64,000 bases of DNA from Anolis carolinensis (taxonomy: Eukaryota). The notes under the pieces were generated by a model. It ran no database searches. It had not been told where the DNA came from and saw only the letters and a list, made by a program, of their open reading frames with translations. Location: NCBI RefSeq assembly GCF_035594765.1, contig NC_085845.1, forward strand, positions 174,608,897-174,672,896, read 5' to 3'. This document shows, piece by piece, positions 51,894 through 64,000 of this stretch. Each line of letters begins with the position of its first letter. Within the stretch, counting starts at the first letter, position 1. A program made the position numbers and the translations under genes.

Positions 51894-52605
51894 CTCTAAG
51901 CAAAAGCTGCTCCCCCTTTTGACTTTTTTGATATTTAAAAGGAGAGGCTAATGAAAGCTGAGATGACAGGATGAGTTGCAATAAGAAGATAGTCAAAAGG
52001 GAGGACTTTTCATACCCTCCACTTGTCCCCTTTTGCAGGGCCAGCACCAGCTAATCTTCTGCTGCCCTCCTTTCCCAGCTACCTTCAAAATGTTCCAGTT
52101 TCTCCCCTTCTCTTCCCACTTTCTCCCTTTGTCCTCAGCTGTTTGCAAACTAAGGTCATATTGCAGAAGTACTTTGCACTCAATCAACTCAGCAGGAAGG
52201 AATGGAGAAGAGGGAAAGAACCTTGCCCTTCCTAAACCCAGTTCTTAAATTGCAGGGTTTCTCTGTTTAAACTAGTAATTTTGGGTATTCTTTGTCATTA
52301 ATAATTTTTGCATTTTGCTGCCTGCCCAAAGTCTCTAATGTGGCTTGGATAGATATATCCCAGTTATTGTTTGTGAAATGTTGGAGGCTATGCATTCTGT
52401 ATGTGGAGAATACGAGAGTAAGCCAGGGATAGATGGTTCAGTCAAGTTTAGTTTCTCTCCATTGATCATTTTGGAAATCCTACTCTATTTTTGTCTCACT
52501 ATAATTATGGACCTAATGCTGGATCTACACTGCCTTTACCACAGTTTGATGCCATTAAACATCTGGTTTCTCAACCCATTACCATCAACTGCTATTCTTG
52601 TAGCC

Positions 52606-52763
52606 CAAGGGACCCCAAACTAAGGCCCGGGGGCCAGATGCGGCCCTCCCAGGTCATTTACCTGGCCCCCGCCCTCATTTATAATATAATATTTTTATAT
52701 CCGTTCTAATAATATAATATATTGTATATACATATGATATTAATAATATTATCATTTTATACA

Positions 52764-52799
<36 letters not shown>

Positions 52800-53328
52800 C
52801 ACATATTAATTATATGTTATATATTACATATAATATTAAAGTATAGTGGTATAGTTCAATATAGTAATATATGATGCTAATATTGTGCTATGCTACTAAT
52901 ATAATATATTGTATGTACATACAGCTGCTCTGAGTTCCCTTCGGGGTGAGAAGGGTGGGATATAAATTTAGTAAATAAATGTAGTAAATAAATAATAAAT
53001 AATTTTGGACTTAAGCTCGCCCAAAGTCTGAAATGACTTGAAGACTCACAACAACAACAATCCTAATTAACCTGACTATCTTATTGGCCAGAAGCAGGCC
53101 CACACTTCCTATTGAAATCCTGATAGGTTTATGTTGGTTAAAATTATTTTCATTTTTAAGTATTGTATTGTTCTTTCATTGTTGTTGTTGTTGTTTTGCA
53201 CTACAAATAAGATATGTGCAGTGTGCATAGGAATTTGTTCATTTTTTTCCCCAAAATGATAATTCGGCCCCTCAACAGTCTGAAGGATTGTGGACCGGCC
53301 CTGTCCTTTAAAAGTTTGAGGACCCCTG
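52606..53328. mobile_element. Composite non-autonomous hAT-Charlie element (723 bp)
   Basis: TIR CAAGGGACCCCAAACT / AGTTTGAGGACCCCTG, perfect TSD TTGTAGCC; AT-rich core with embedded retroposon tails. Confidence 0.88.
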
Positions 53329-54803
53329 TTGTAGCCTATAGGAAAGTGAGATGTGATGAAAAGCAGGGAATATTATGCACTATCAAGAAATGTTAAATAA
53401 GCTGTGAAGGCATGTAGAATAGTTATTTTCTTTCTATAAATACAGATAGATTTCAGACCATTGCAGTTTAACAAATCCTTAGCTTAATGTGGGCCTTTAT
53501 TCTAGGGCACAAGTGAGCATAATAATTAATCCAGTCCTGAGCTAGGGTGTCATAGTAACTGGCTCAAAGCTACAGGCTAAATGACCCAGCAATAGTTTGT
53601 TCAGTGAGAAATATAGGAACAGCAAATGCTTGTTCACCTGCTGCAGAGAGGTATCCCCTTTAGCTCTGTCACAAAAGATGTAGTGTTTTCTGAATATCAC
53701 AGAGTTAGAAAAATGGCGGAAAACACAAGCTAGAACAACTCCTGAATTAGGAAAAGTTACCAACATTAATGCTCAAGAGGAAAAAGTAAGCAGACAATAT
53801 GTATACATAATAATTCACTGGAGCTGCATTGTAGGAGATTCAGGACAGATAAGGTAAGTATGTATTTATACCGAAGTACTATGAATTGTGGAGCTCTCAA
53901 TATTTCTAGCAACCTCATCAGTGTCCTGGTGGATTGAGGCTGACAGCGGACATCACATGACGTTTTGTGAATTCTGGCAGTTTCACCCGGACATGGGAGG
54001 CTTCTCGTGTCATGCTGGCTCCAAGGGCGATGCTTTCCCTGCAAGGGAAACTCTTTCCCCTGTGATGGGGAAAGCATCTTGAGAGGGAGCTGTGCGCAGG
54101 GCAGGAAATTCATCTTGCTACTCCCTCTTTCCTCAACAGACTCCAGGCAAAGCGGGACACTTTGCCTGGCCTTTCTTATAAGGTCATTTATACAGAAGTG
54201 CTATGAGCTGTGGAGCTCACTGCAACGAGATGTAGCAATGGTTGTCAATGTAGATGGATTCCAAAGAAGACTGGGAAAATTCTTGGATTTTGTTACTATC
54301 AAAGCCTACTATTCAAGATAGCTGCAAGTTACATATTAAGATGGAGCACACAAGTAAGAATTGCACTTATTTCCTGATGGTTAGCATCTCATGAATATGT
54401 GGCTAAAAAGATACTGGATCAAATATACCTTTAATGTGATCCAATATGGTTCTTCTTATTTTTGGAATGTATACCTGGTTTGAAAAGGTCTCTGATGGGC
54501 TGTGTTCCTACATGTGATAAATGACTGCCCCAATTTCATTTTATAGACAATATGGAGGTTGGTGACTGAATCTTATACTGACCACTATATTAGGTTTCAT
54601 ACTGCTCCCAGTCCACTCCAGTGATCCAGTAACATTGCTCAATAATTACCTAAGTAATTGAAACAAGTTGACTGTTGATGTTGCATACTTCTACTACCAT
54701 GGTTTTCACCTTCTCTGGAATGTATATTTCTGCTTCCAGATATTGGTCAACTGAGGAACAGGCATCACAAATTAGTCAGCCTTGGAGTAACTCTGCTATC
54801 ACT

Positions 54804-55000
54804 ACAGGCAGTCCCTGAGTTACAAACATCCAATTTACAAATGACTCACAGTTAAGAACAGGGGTGAGACAAAAGGAAGTGAAAATAACCTTCCCCTCAA
54901 AAGGGAAATTCACTCCTGAAAGTGTAATAATGGGGAAAAGGTGTTTCCACTTAAGCTTTACCACCAATCCATGTTTCCACAACAAGCCATTTTTCTAAAA
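54804..55000. mobile_element. Tigger/pogo-like transposon end
   Basis: ta-CAGGCAGTCCCTGAGTTACAAACATCCAATTTACAAA start, typical of TcMar-Tigger ends; other Tigger-like remnants at about 23500-23750, 39450-39645 and 48710-48942. Confidence 0.55.
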
Positions 55001-55408
55001 CAGTTAATTGAGTATGAGAAGCAATCATGAAAAATGTTTGATCTTCTGGAATTCTTTGTCTCAAGTTTTAGAAGACCTGTCCAATGTGGTAAGCGATTAT
55101 GGTAGTGGTCATGAAGGATTATGAGAACGGGATTACTGGCCATGTGTGTGCCAACTACATTAGATAACAGCCCAATGGCATATAACAGCCTGTCCCTATT
55201 TGTTGTAACGGATCTCCAGAAAAATAAGGTGGGGATCAAATAAAGCTCTGAAAACCCAAAACCCTACTCTAATATTTTTTCCTCCTTTGGTTGTATAGTT
55301 GCTTACTATACTTTACTGTGGGTTATACAGTGAATTAGACATTAACTCTTGTGCTCTTCTTAAATGCAGACCCCTTTCAACTGATCCAGTGGGCTGAACA
55401 TTTCTGCC

Positions 55409-56638
55409 ATGGACAATTTCAACTTCACCACTACACTGAGTTCTTGGGAAGAGAACACAACAACCTCTGTTTCTGAGAACATTTCTCGAGCTACTGCCCT
55501 TGGTGTGGATGTCAGTGGTGTCCTTATTCCTATAGTATATCTCATTGTCTGTGTAGTGGGACTAGCCGGGAATTCCTTAGTCATCTATGTGGTTTTGTGC
55601 CACTCAGTCAGTGAATCTGTAACCAATGTCTACATCTTCAACTTGGCACTGGCAGATGAACTCTTTATGCTTGGCCTTCCCTTCTTGGCTGCTCAAAATG
55701 CATTGTCTTATTGGCCCTTTGGTTCATTTATGTGCCGGCTGGTCATGGCTGTAGATGCCACCAACCAATTCACTAGTATTTTTTGCCTGACTGTGATGAG
55801 TGTTGACCGCTACTTGGCTGTGGTGCACCCTGTGAAATCCTCAAAATGGAGGACAGCACGAGTGGCCAAGGCAGTCAGTGCCACTGTCTGGGTCCTCTCT
55901 TCAATAGTGGTGCTGCCAGTATTGGTGTTTTCAGAAGTCCCTCAGGGTATGAACACATGTCACATTAAGTGGCCTGAGCCTGCAGCTGTATGGCAAACTG
56001 GGTTCATTATCTACACAGCTACGCTTGGCTTCTTTGGACCACTACTGGTCATCTGCCTTTGCTACCTCCTTATTGTTGTCAAGGTTCGATCTTCAGGCAG
56101 GAAGGTACGAGCAGTGACAGCCAAGCGCAAGCTATCTGAGCAGCGGGTCACACACATGGTGGTAGCTGTAGTGGCAGTCTTTGTGCTCTGCTGGCTGCCT
56201 TTCTATGTGCTCAATATCATCAATGTTATCTGGACTTTGCCAGAGGAACCATCTCTTTTTGGTATCTACTTCCTTGTTGTAGTGTTGCCCTATGCCAACA
56301 GCTGTGCTAATCCCATCATCTATGGCTTCCTCTCCTATCGCTTCAAGCAGGGTTTCCGTAGGGCCCTCTTGAGACCATCCCGTCGAGTGCAGAGCCAAGA
56401 TGCAACAGCAACTGCGGCAGACAAGATGGAAAAAGAAGAGGAGGAAGAAGAGGAGGAGGGGGAGGAGGAAGAGATGGAGGCAGAAGCAAGTGAGATCTGC
56501 AAGATTGCCCAGAATGGCAATGGCAGACAAGAATGTCGTTCCATCAGTGGGTCTGGAAGAGGAAGTGAACAGAAGCAACTTCCTGAGGAACCTGTTAGCT
56601 GTGAGAAGCCCAGCATCATGAGCATTAGCTACTTATAA
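55409..56638 (+). CDS. SSTR3: Somatostatin receptor type 3 (class A GPCR, 409 aa)
   Basis: Intronless 7-TM ORF with gccATGG Kozak; GN, LALAD, DRY, CWLP and NPIIY motifs; D3.32 and NQFTS of somatostatin receptors; poly-Glu C-tail, no helix-8 Cys and C-terminal ISYL are SSTR3-specific; lies next to RAC2 as in mammals. Confidence 0.96.
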   Translation: MDNFNFTTTLSSWEENTTTSVSENISRATALGVDVSGVLIPIVYLIVCVVGLAGNSLVIYVVLCHSVSESVTNVYIFNLALADELFMLGLPFLAAQNALSYWPFGSFMCRLVMAVDATNQFTSIFCLTVMSVDRYLAVVHPVKSSKWRTARVAKAVSATVWVLSSIVVLPVLVFSEVPQGMNTCHIKWPEPAAVWQTGFIIYTATLGFFGPLLVICLCYLLIVVKVRSSGRKVRAVTAKRKLSEQRVTHMVVAVVAVFVLCWLPFYVLNIINVIWTLPEEPSLFGIYFLVVVLPYANSCANPIIYGFLSYRFKQGFRRALLRPSRRVQSQDATATAADKMEKEEEEEEEEGEEEEMEAEASEICKIAQNGNGRQECRSISGSGRGSEQKQLPEEPVSCEKPSIMSISYL

Positions 56639-56764
56639 TGACTAGGAACTTTATTCTCTTTGAAATTCTCTGGCTAAGAATCACACAGAGTAACAATTAA
56701 AAGGATTGTCTATAATTTAAGCTGTGTCTAAAGGGTTTAAGGAAGCCTGGAAGCAATGTGGATT

Positions 56765-56770
56765 AATAAA
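56765..56770 (+). terminator. Candidate SSTR3 polyadenylation signal
   Basis: First AATAAA downstream of the stop codon; motif only. Confidence 0.3.
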
Positions 56771-57766
56771 TGCCCAGTTCTGTTCTCCAAAGAAAGGTTC
56801 AGTAACCATTTCCACTGGCAACACCAGAATCATGACCACTGCTGGGTAGGGGCAAATGCTTTTGGATTTGATTGAAAATATCCTTCCCCAGCTGAACTGA
56901 GGGATACCGTACTTATCTGCATTTGACAGACATTACTTTTCAACATATATTTGTCAGCATTTTATAGTAATAGAGGGGAATCATTTATTTATTATGGCTT
57001 TGTCATTGTACAAAGAATTTGTACCCTTGGCTGCTTCTGAAGTTTGATTTTTGGCCACATTTAAACAAACAAACAAAGCAACATATTTTAATACAGCCTT
57101 CCCCATGACTGCTTTTGAGCATGACTACAATTTTGAATTCCCCAGGCAATGAAATCAGAAATTATGAAATTTGGGGTGTAACACAGGGAAATACAGAAGG
57201 GATGGAGGGTGCTTTTATGTTCCTTTGGCAGACTATCCACCAAAATATGGTAGGCCACTGTGTGCCAAAATGCTGAACTAGATAGGCTTCAGCCTGAAAC
57301 AGCTGGTGTGGTTCTTATTGCTGGAAAGGATCAGGTTGAGGAAGGCTGCCTTAAGAGAATTTTTATTACACCATGATTTTGATTTTATTTCTTAAACAGG
57401 ATAGATGTGGGGTTTTCTCTCCCCTATAAAACTCTAAAATTCATTAAACTGAATCCAAGTGCAAAATATTGGTAGTTGTCTGAGAGGGCAGACAGAGAGC
57501 AGAAGTAAAGTTCTTGGGTCTTTTTAGACCACAGTTCCCCGAACTCTGATTCTAAGAGTAACCATTCACAAAAGTAACTTTGCCAAACTCTGGAAGACAT
57601 CTACTATGCACCGAGGAAAGAGGATCTTTCTGACTGCATGCTTACTGCAGGAATATGTCATAGATGGAAGAACTGATGTTAGTGCAGAAATCTTTTCACA
57701 CAATGGCAGCTGGTGGCTCCCCTGTAACTGAGGTGATGCATCCAAATTTAAATCCAGGTTTTAAAG

Positions 57767-57901
57767 CAATGGTTCTCAGCCTGGGGTCCCCAGATGTTTT
57801 TGGCCTTCAACTCCCAGAAATTCTAAGAGCTGGTAAACTGGCTGGGATTTCTGGGAGTCGTAGGCCAAAAACATCTGGGGACCCCAGGTTGAGAACCACT
57901 G
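57767..57901. mobile_element. 135-bp hAT-Charlie MITE
   Basis: Same family; TSD TTTTAAAG. A further internally deleted copy lies at about 48595-48705. Confidence 0.88.
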
Positions 57902-58027
57902 TTTTAAAGTATCTGTCCAAGGCCCAACTACACTGCCATATAACACAATTTGAAACTGCAGTGTAGATGGTGCCTAAATTACTAAACCTTAATCTGAAAT
58001 AAATTCAGTACCTTGGATAGCTCTTTT

Positions 58028-58260
58028 AAGGTAAAGGTAAAGGTTTCCCCTGACGTTAAGTCGTGACCAACTCTGGGGGTTGGTGCTCATCTCCATTTCT
58101 AAGCCGAAGAGCCGGCGTTGTCCATAGACACCTCCAAAATCATGTGGCCGGCATGACTGCATGGAGTGCCGTTACCTTCCCAATGGAGTGGTACCTATTG
58201 ATCTACTCACATTTGCATGTTTTCGAACTGCTAGGTTGGCACGAGCTGGGGCTAACAGAA
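58028..58260 (-). mobile_element. Sauria SINE (5'-truncated)
   Basis: (AAGGTA)n at the left end; reverse complement of 38390-38620. Confidence 0.85.
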
Positions 58261-59522
58261 GGTGCTCTTTTAAACCTTGCTAAAATCTTGATGAATTCAC
58301 CACTGTGCTGACACGAAAGCCATCAACCACTATTGTTTTCATGTACAAATCTACCCCTTTCTGTTCTTGATTTTAACTTCCTGATTTAGGAGGAGAAAGA
58401 AGGTTTTTCATGCTTATTGTTAAAGCATTTGGAGTCAGAAATCCTTGTTGATTTACCACAAATCACCCAGAGATCTATCAAAAGATCTTGATCTACCATC
58501 TTCCTAATATCTTGGAGCCCACATGAAGGGAAGGAATGATGGTTGGGTTTTTGCATGTCCTAAGGGCATCATTCCATCTTCACTCAGCACTCCCCCACCC
58601 TTCTGTGGGGATATAATAATGCAAACTTTCCTTATCAGCCACCCTGAGTCCCCTCGGGTGAGAAGGGTGGTGTAGAAATAATAGAAATAAATAAATAAAT
58701 TGTAAGGATGGCTGACTACAGAGGTTTGTTAGTACTTTAGAACATTTTGCCACATTCCAGTTGCCTTCAGATATGTTGGTCTGGAACTCCCATCACCCTT
58801 AGCACACATAACCATGTTATTTGAGGATGACTGAAATTTTTGTCCAATATATCTAAAAGCCACCTTGCAGTGATCTAAAACAGTGCAGATCAAGGTTTTT
58901 TTTCCTTCCAGGGTCCATTTGTTTCTTTCCTTGAAGCTCATCAGGAACTGGCTATCAATGTCTGGACAGCTGGGACCAGACCATCAACCACCAATTTAAG
59001 TAGCACTGCTCTATAGTGCTATCTCATGCTAAATACTGTGATGATCCTCGTTGCAGCTTTACAACATATGGAATATGTTTAAGAGGCGTTCTTTAAATAT
59101 AACTTTCCTTTCCACAGCTTATGGTTGCTGTACCTATGTGGTAAGCAGTGAACAAGGCAGTAAGAGACACTTTACCATATGTACCTAGCATTTCAGAATA
59201 GAGACCAGTTCTTTGGGGAATAAAAAGAAGATATATTCACAAGAGCCATGAATCCATTTTTGTCCTTGCTGCCTTTACAGTTCAGGGTCAGATCCAAAAT
59301 ATCATAGTATTGCTCTTCAAGCATCTTTCCCCCTGAAACATCTCATGGTCCATTTCAGAAGTGTGATGTTTGGGGGTGATAAAGTACCAGAGAGTACAAA
59401 GTAGAAGGAGGTGGTATAACAAGTGTGCCAAGAACATACATGTAACACTGAGCTTTTTAACCCAGAAATGAAATTAAATCCTTAATTAAAACTTCACCTT
59501 GCCTTTATATTTATATTTGACA

Positions 59523-61065
59523 CTAGCTGTGCCTGGCCATGTGATGCTGTGGCTTAAGTGGAATAGGAGTGAATAGCCTTGCAGCCTCAAAGCCTGGCTG
59601 TTTTCTTCCTAAGGGAATCCTAGTTTGGTGAGCTGGAATACAATGAATAGTCTTGTTGTGGCAGGTATGCATGCTGCTATTAGTCACATTGATTAGCATG
59701 TAATGGCCTTGCAGGTTCTAAGCCTGGCTGCCTCCTTCCTTGGGGAGTCCTTTGTTTGGAGGTCTTAGCTGGCCCTGATTGAAGCCCCTCCCTTCTTGTT
59801 CAGGAAGTTGAAGAAGGACTAGCAGAAGACAGGGCTCAGTAGAAGGCCCATCTGCCAGGCTGCTGTTATCAGTAACAATTATATTCAGTAATAATATGAA
59901 GGAGGTGGGTGGACTACAATTCCTCAGAAATGTTGGGTCTGTGTTCCAAGTTGTAGGTGAACTGTAACTCCCAGTGTTAAAGGTCAATGACCTCCTAAGA
60001 CTTCCATTATTTCCAGTTGGCCATGTTAAATTTGTGTGGTATGTTTTGTCCAAATGGGCTCTGTGTTCTCTGAATAGAGGTGAACTATAACTCCTGGTTG
60101 TCAAGGTCATTCACCCCCAAACCCCAGCAGTATGTTAATTTGGGTCTTTGTTGCAAGTGAGTTCCAGGTTCACTATTGGTGCGGTTCAGAGTGGTCTTTG
60201 ATTGCTGGTGAACAATAAATCCCAGTCCCTTAATCTTCTATAAATCATGGTGAATTCTCCCCAGACCTCTCTCTGTTAGTTAGGAGAAGGTAGGAGCGAG
60301 GAAGGATGGAAGGGAGGGGTGTGTCAAAGCCATGCTGCCATGACTCCTGAAATAGGCCTGCTTGTCAAAAGCCATGCCGGCATTCCTGGGAGTTGGAGAG
60401 GAGGTAGGAGGATGGAGGAAGGTGTGAGGGCAAAGAGTGGGGTTTGAAAAAGCAGTGGCGCCATTATTGCCTAAATCCCACAGCTTTCTCCCCAGACGGC
60501 CACGGAAGGGCTGCATGGTGGTTTGCTGAAGTATTTGAAGTAGGACTGCCACAATCAGAATCCATTCCCATTGTCCCCAATAGGTGGTTAGGGATTGTGG
60601 GAGTTGTAGTTCAGCCTCCCTCCCTCTTCCAGGGCACGTTCGCATTAATGTCCAAATGTCCCTCTCCGATTTCTAAGTCCCAAAGTTTGTGAAAGCTTGA
60701 GAAGGGGAAAGCTTTCACCCTTTTTTCCCTCTGCCTCGTTCTTGTTGTTTAGGGCTTTTGTGGCCCTCCCTAGTGTGAGGCAAACCATCTGCCATGGCAG
60801 TTGGGCTGCTCACGCGCAGCTGGCTGTAATGCCCGTATGTCTCCTAAGGGTGGGGACTGGGAGCTGCTCCGCGCATGCGCACATGACAATTTTCCTTTTT
60901 GGGGGTTTTTTTAGGGACATCCACTTTGATTTGTGTTTTGGTTTTGTTGTCTAAACACAGTGGGAAGGGCCATGTGTTTTGTTGCCAAGTTTCGTGGGTT
61001 TGGGTTGTGTAGTTTCGCTGTTTGCTTTAAAGTAGAAATGGTCAGAACAGATTTTTATGTTTAGA
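59523..61065 (-). mobile_element. Non-autonomous Helitron (about 1.54 kb)
   Basis: On the minus strand: host A, 5' TCTAAACATAAAAAT, 3' hairpin GCCAC-N8-ATGGC about 10 nt before the terminal CTAG, host T; no TSD; internal degenerate repeats. Confidence 0.72.
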
Positions 61066-62428
61066 TAAATTGAGAGGAAGAACTGCCAAATGTCAAAAGC
61101 TCACATAGAAATGAGGATGACAGGTTTGCTGGAGGCTGCTATCATCCCTCTTACCATTTGGAGCACTTCAACCTTCTTAAATACTTTGAATATGAGGAAA
61201 GATCTGACCACATGGGAATAAGAAACTCTGTGGATTATTATTTGGGATAGGCTTAAATTATCTGATGTGGACTGGAAAGTTTATTTCCCAGTATGTCAGG
61301 AATGGCATTGCATTGGTTCTCATTAAGTAAAACTACTTCTTTCTTTCTCCAAAAGCCACAGAATACAAGAAACCAGTAGCTTGGGCCATGGATCACCACT
61401 TCAAGTTACACCGCTTCAAGTGGTGCCCATGGTCTTCGGACCATCTGGTGTAGATTGTGGATGGAAAATGGTGGGAGGTCAAAGAAATGTATACTTCCCA
61501 TGTTCCACCATATTCCAGACTCCCCTCCTTTTCACCACAAAACCAGAAGGCTCTAAATTTTAATCTGAGCTATTGATGGAATAGGATTCAACATCATAGC
61601 TCCTTCAAAATCTAAACTAAAACCCAGATCAGATTCTCCACTTCACTGGCATGATAATAAGGTTGCCAAGTGAAGAATGGAATAAGTCTCCTTTATACTT
61701 AGCAGAAGTGTAGACAGGAGATTTTTAACTGATAGGATTTGCATAGCAAGTAACACCTGCTGAAATTCCATCTTCTACACAACCATTTAAGTATAGGGGT
61801 CCTATTCCTGTTTTTCAACTAGCAACCTTAAATGGAAGTAACTAGCTGCTCCTGGAAGCATTAAGAAGATCATTTAAATCAGAGTTGTATAACAATGTGC
61901 TATACTATACTAGTACCGTGTTCTCATTCCATTTTAATTGCCACAGTAACATCATCTGGAATTCTAGGATTGGCATTTTAAGGAAGGACATATAGAATCT
62001 CAGCCAGGGAACTCTTGGGCTTCACTAAACTAGAAAACTGAGAATCTCACATAATGTTTCCATGGCATTCAAAATGGGATGATAACACTATAACAGTTTA
62101 GTGTGGCAGGGCCTCAGAGAATGTCTGAATCTTGCAAAAGAATGACATTCTTTGGGGCAAGCCTTGACAATTAAACTCGTATAATATCTATATACACCCT
62201 GAACTCCATTTCATAGAGTTGTTTTTTTTTTTTTTAAAAACCCACAAGGGCCATCCATTCCAACCCTCTGCAATGCAATACAAGATTAAATGACTCTTGA
62301 CATCCAGCTTCTGTTTTAAAACTTCCAGGAAGAATTTACAACCACGCTATTTATCCTTTCAAGGCATCTGTGCCTTTAGAAGCTTCTCAATAGGAAATTA
62401 TTGAGCAGATAAGGGAGAAGCATGGGTG

Positions 62429-62699
62429 CAGGCCTGTAGCGAGGGGGGGGGGGTTCACCCCCCCCCCCGAAATTTTTCAGGTTATAGAAAAAACCTGGTT
62501 TACTCATGAATTTTAACTGGTTAACCAAATCCCCATGTTAAATCTATGGGGCACAAAACATTAAGGGTCCCTCCAGGCACTATCTCAAGCAGATATTGAC
62601 AGGTTTGTAGCGGGGGGGGGGGGGGTGCTAGGGGTTCAACCCCCCCCCCCCCGAAATTTTCAAAACCCCTCCCGAAATTTTTTTCTGGCTACGGCCCTG
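62429..62699. mobile_element. Non-autonomous hAT element with G/C homopolymer palindromes
   Basis: TIR CAGG(C/G)C(T/C)GTAGC; TSD CATGG(G/A)TG at 62421-28 and 62700-07. Confidence 0.8.
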
Positions 62700-64000
62700 C
62701 ATGGATGCTATATGTGGGCACCTAAGAACTTTGATTTCTGCTCTTAACATTCCATTAAATCTCATCAACATTTCAAGAGTTCTTTTGACCAGGGTTGAGC
62801 CAGATCACTTCAAATGATTTCTGAGTTTGGTAGAAATTTCTTCAATTCCTACTTTTCCCAGGAAAAGCTCCATGTATTGAATGTCTGCCTGCCAATCAGC
62901 TATTTATGGCAGGACCTTCACCTATGAGGCATATTTTCTTTCATGGAACATAAAGAAGATTATGTGACAAAGGATAAGAGAGTGTGGGCGGATGGACCAG
63001 TGTGAGAATGCGTATATGTTTTCTTCTGCCTTACTATGCTTGCCTAAGTGCAGGCATATGCCTTTCCTTCACCCCCACACCTTGAACTTTTCTATACATG
63101 CCGTTGCTAAGATACACAGCCCAGCGTCAATTCAGTGTCCTGCGTGTGATGCCGGGCACCATTCTCCAGAGGGGGCTTTAGCAAATAGGAAGAAAGGGGG
63201 AAGAAAAGGTTCATGCAGCGCAGGAGAAAGAGAGTTGGTGTGATGAAACAAGATTGGAAGGGAACACGCAAGCAGGGAGACACTGCTGTTTCAAAGCCAC
63301 CTGTAAACCTAATTGATTTCCATTTGTTAAAGACTATAGTAACAGAAGTTGGGAAAATAACCTGGTCTAGTAAAAATAAGGTTCAGGCTAGAAATTTACA
63401 GATATAGTTTCAATCCCTACTTCAAAATAGTTATCATAACAGGTTTCAAAAGCAACTTCCTTATTTTTCAAAGTAACTCAAATAATACTTTAAACTCTTT
63501 TTAAGAAATCTTCATTTTGCAACATAAGTCACAACATATGGCAATATCTGAACTATGTGATATTTGTGAGTCATGCCTGCTTTTGTTAAAACTGCAATGT
63601 AACCTATTTATTCTTTTGTTATTTTTAAAAGAAACTAACATCATGTAACTTGTAAATTGACACTAATGGTGGCTTAGTGGGATGTTTCCTCACCCTGAAA
63701 TCATTGTGAAAATATGTATTTTCACACAGTTCAGTCACTCCATGAGCCATCCATGTTTGTAGCTAGTTCCCTCCAAGATCTGAAAATATGATGCCCAAAT
63801 TAGCTGATTGCCATCTTTTTATTGTTCTCATTAAAAGTAACCATGGGAGTAAGCTTTATTTGGGAGGTGATTTGACAGCCATCTCTAAATAAGGGCAATT
63901 ATATAAAAACATGAAGCAAACTTGTTTTCTGCTGCTCCAGAAACCACGACATGAACCAAATAACAAGGAATGGTATTTTACCTAAACATTAGGAAGAATC

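Noticed and set aside
56132-56625. Antisense and alternate-frame ORFs over the SSTR3 C-terminus
   Set aside because: By-products of the GAG/GAA-rich coding sequence.
56700-64000. Expected downstream neighbour C1QTNF6
   Set aside because: No signal-peptide, collagen or C1q exon was recognisable in the window.

Overview
Eukaryotic, repeat-rich, AT-rich vertebrate DNA, almost certainly from a squamate. Sauria SINEs, BovB, Penelope, CR1, L2 and many hAT/Tc1/Harbinger MITEs point to an Anolis-type lizard. Two protein-coding genes lie on the + strand in the order known from human chr22q13. RAC2 has six coding exons (14552-27619, 192 aa) and probably a non-coding last exon. SSTR3 has a single coding exon (55409-56638, 409 aa) and a probable non-coding first exon near 40.4-40.9 kb. 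Nearly all other ORFs in the track are chance ORFs or transposon remnants. The most notable non-coding signals are: a minimal hammerhead ribozyme in a TSD-flanked Penelope fragment (4317-4357); four copies of one Tc1/mariner MITE placed as inverted repeats around RAC2 exon 5; a 1.5-kb non-autonomous Helitron; a ZNF143/THAP11-like ACTACAnnTCCCA module shared by unrelated transposon families; and the absence of the mammalian IC3 ciliary motif in SSTR3. I cannot confirm a wholly undescribed system from the sequence alone. The findings are ranked hypotheses. Family names are from recall of consensus features, not from database searches.
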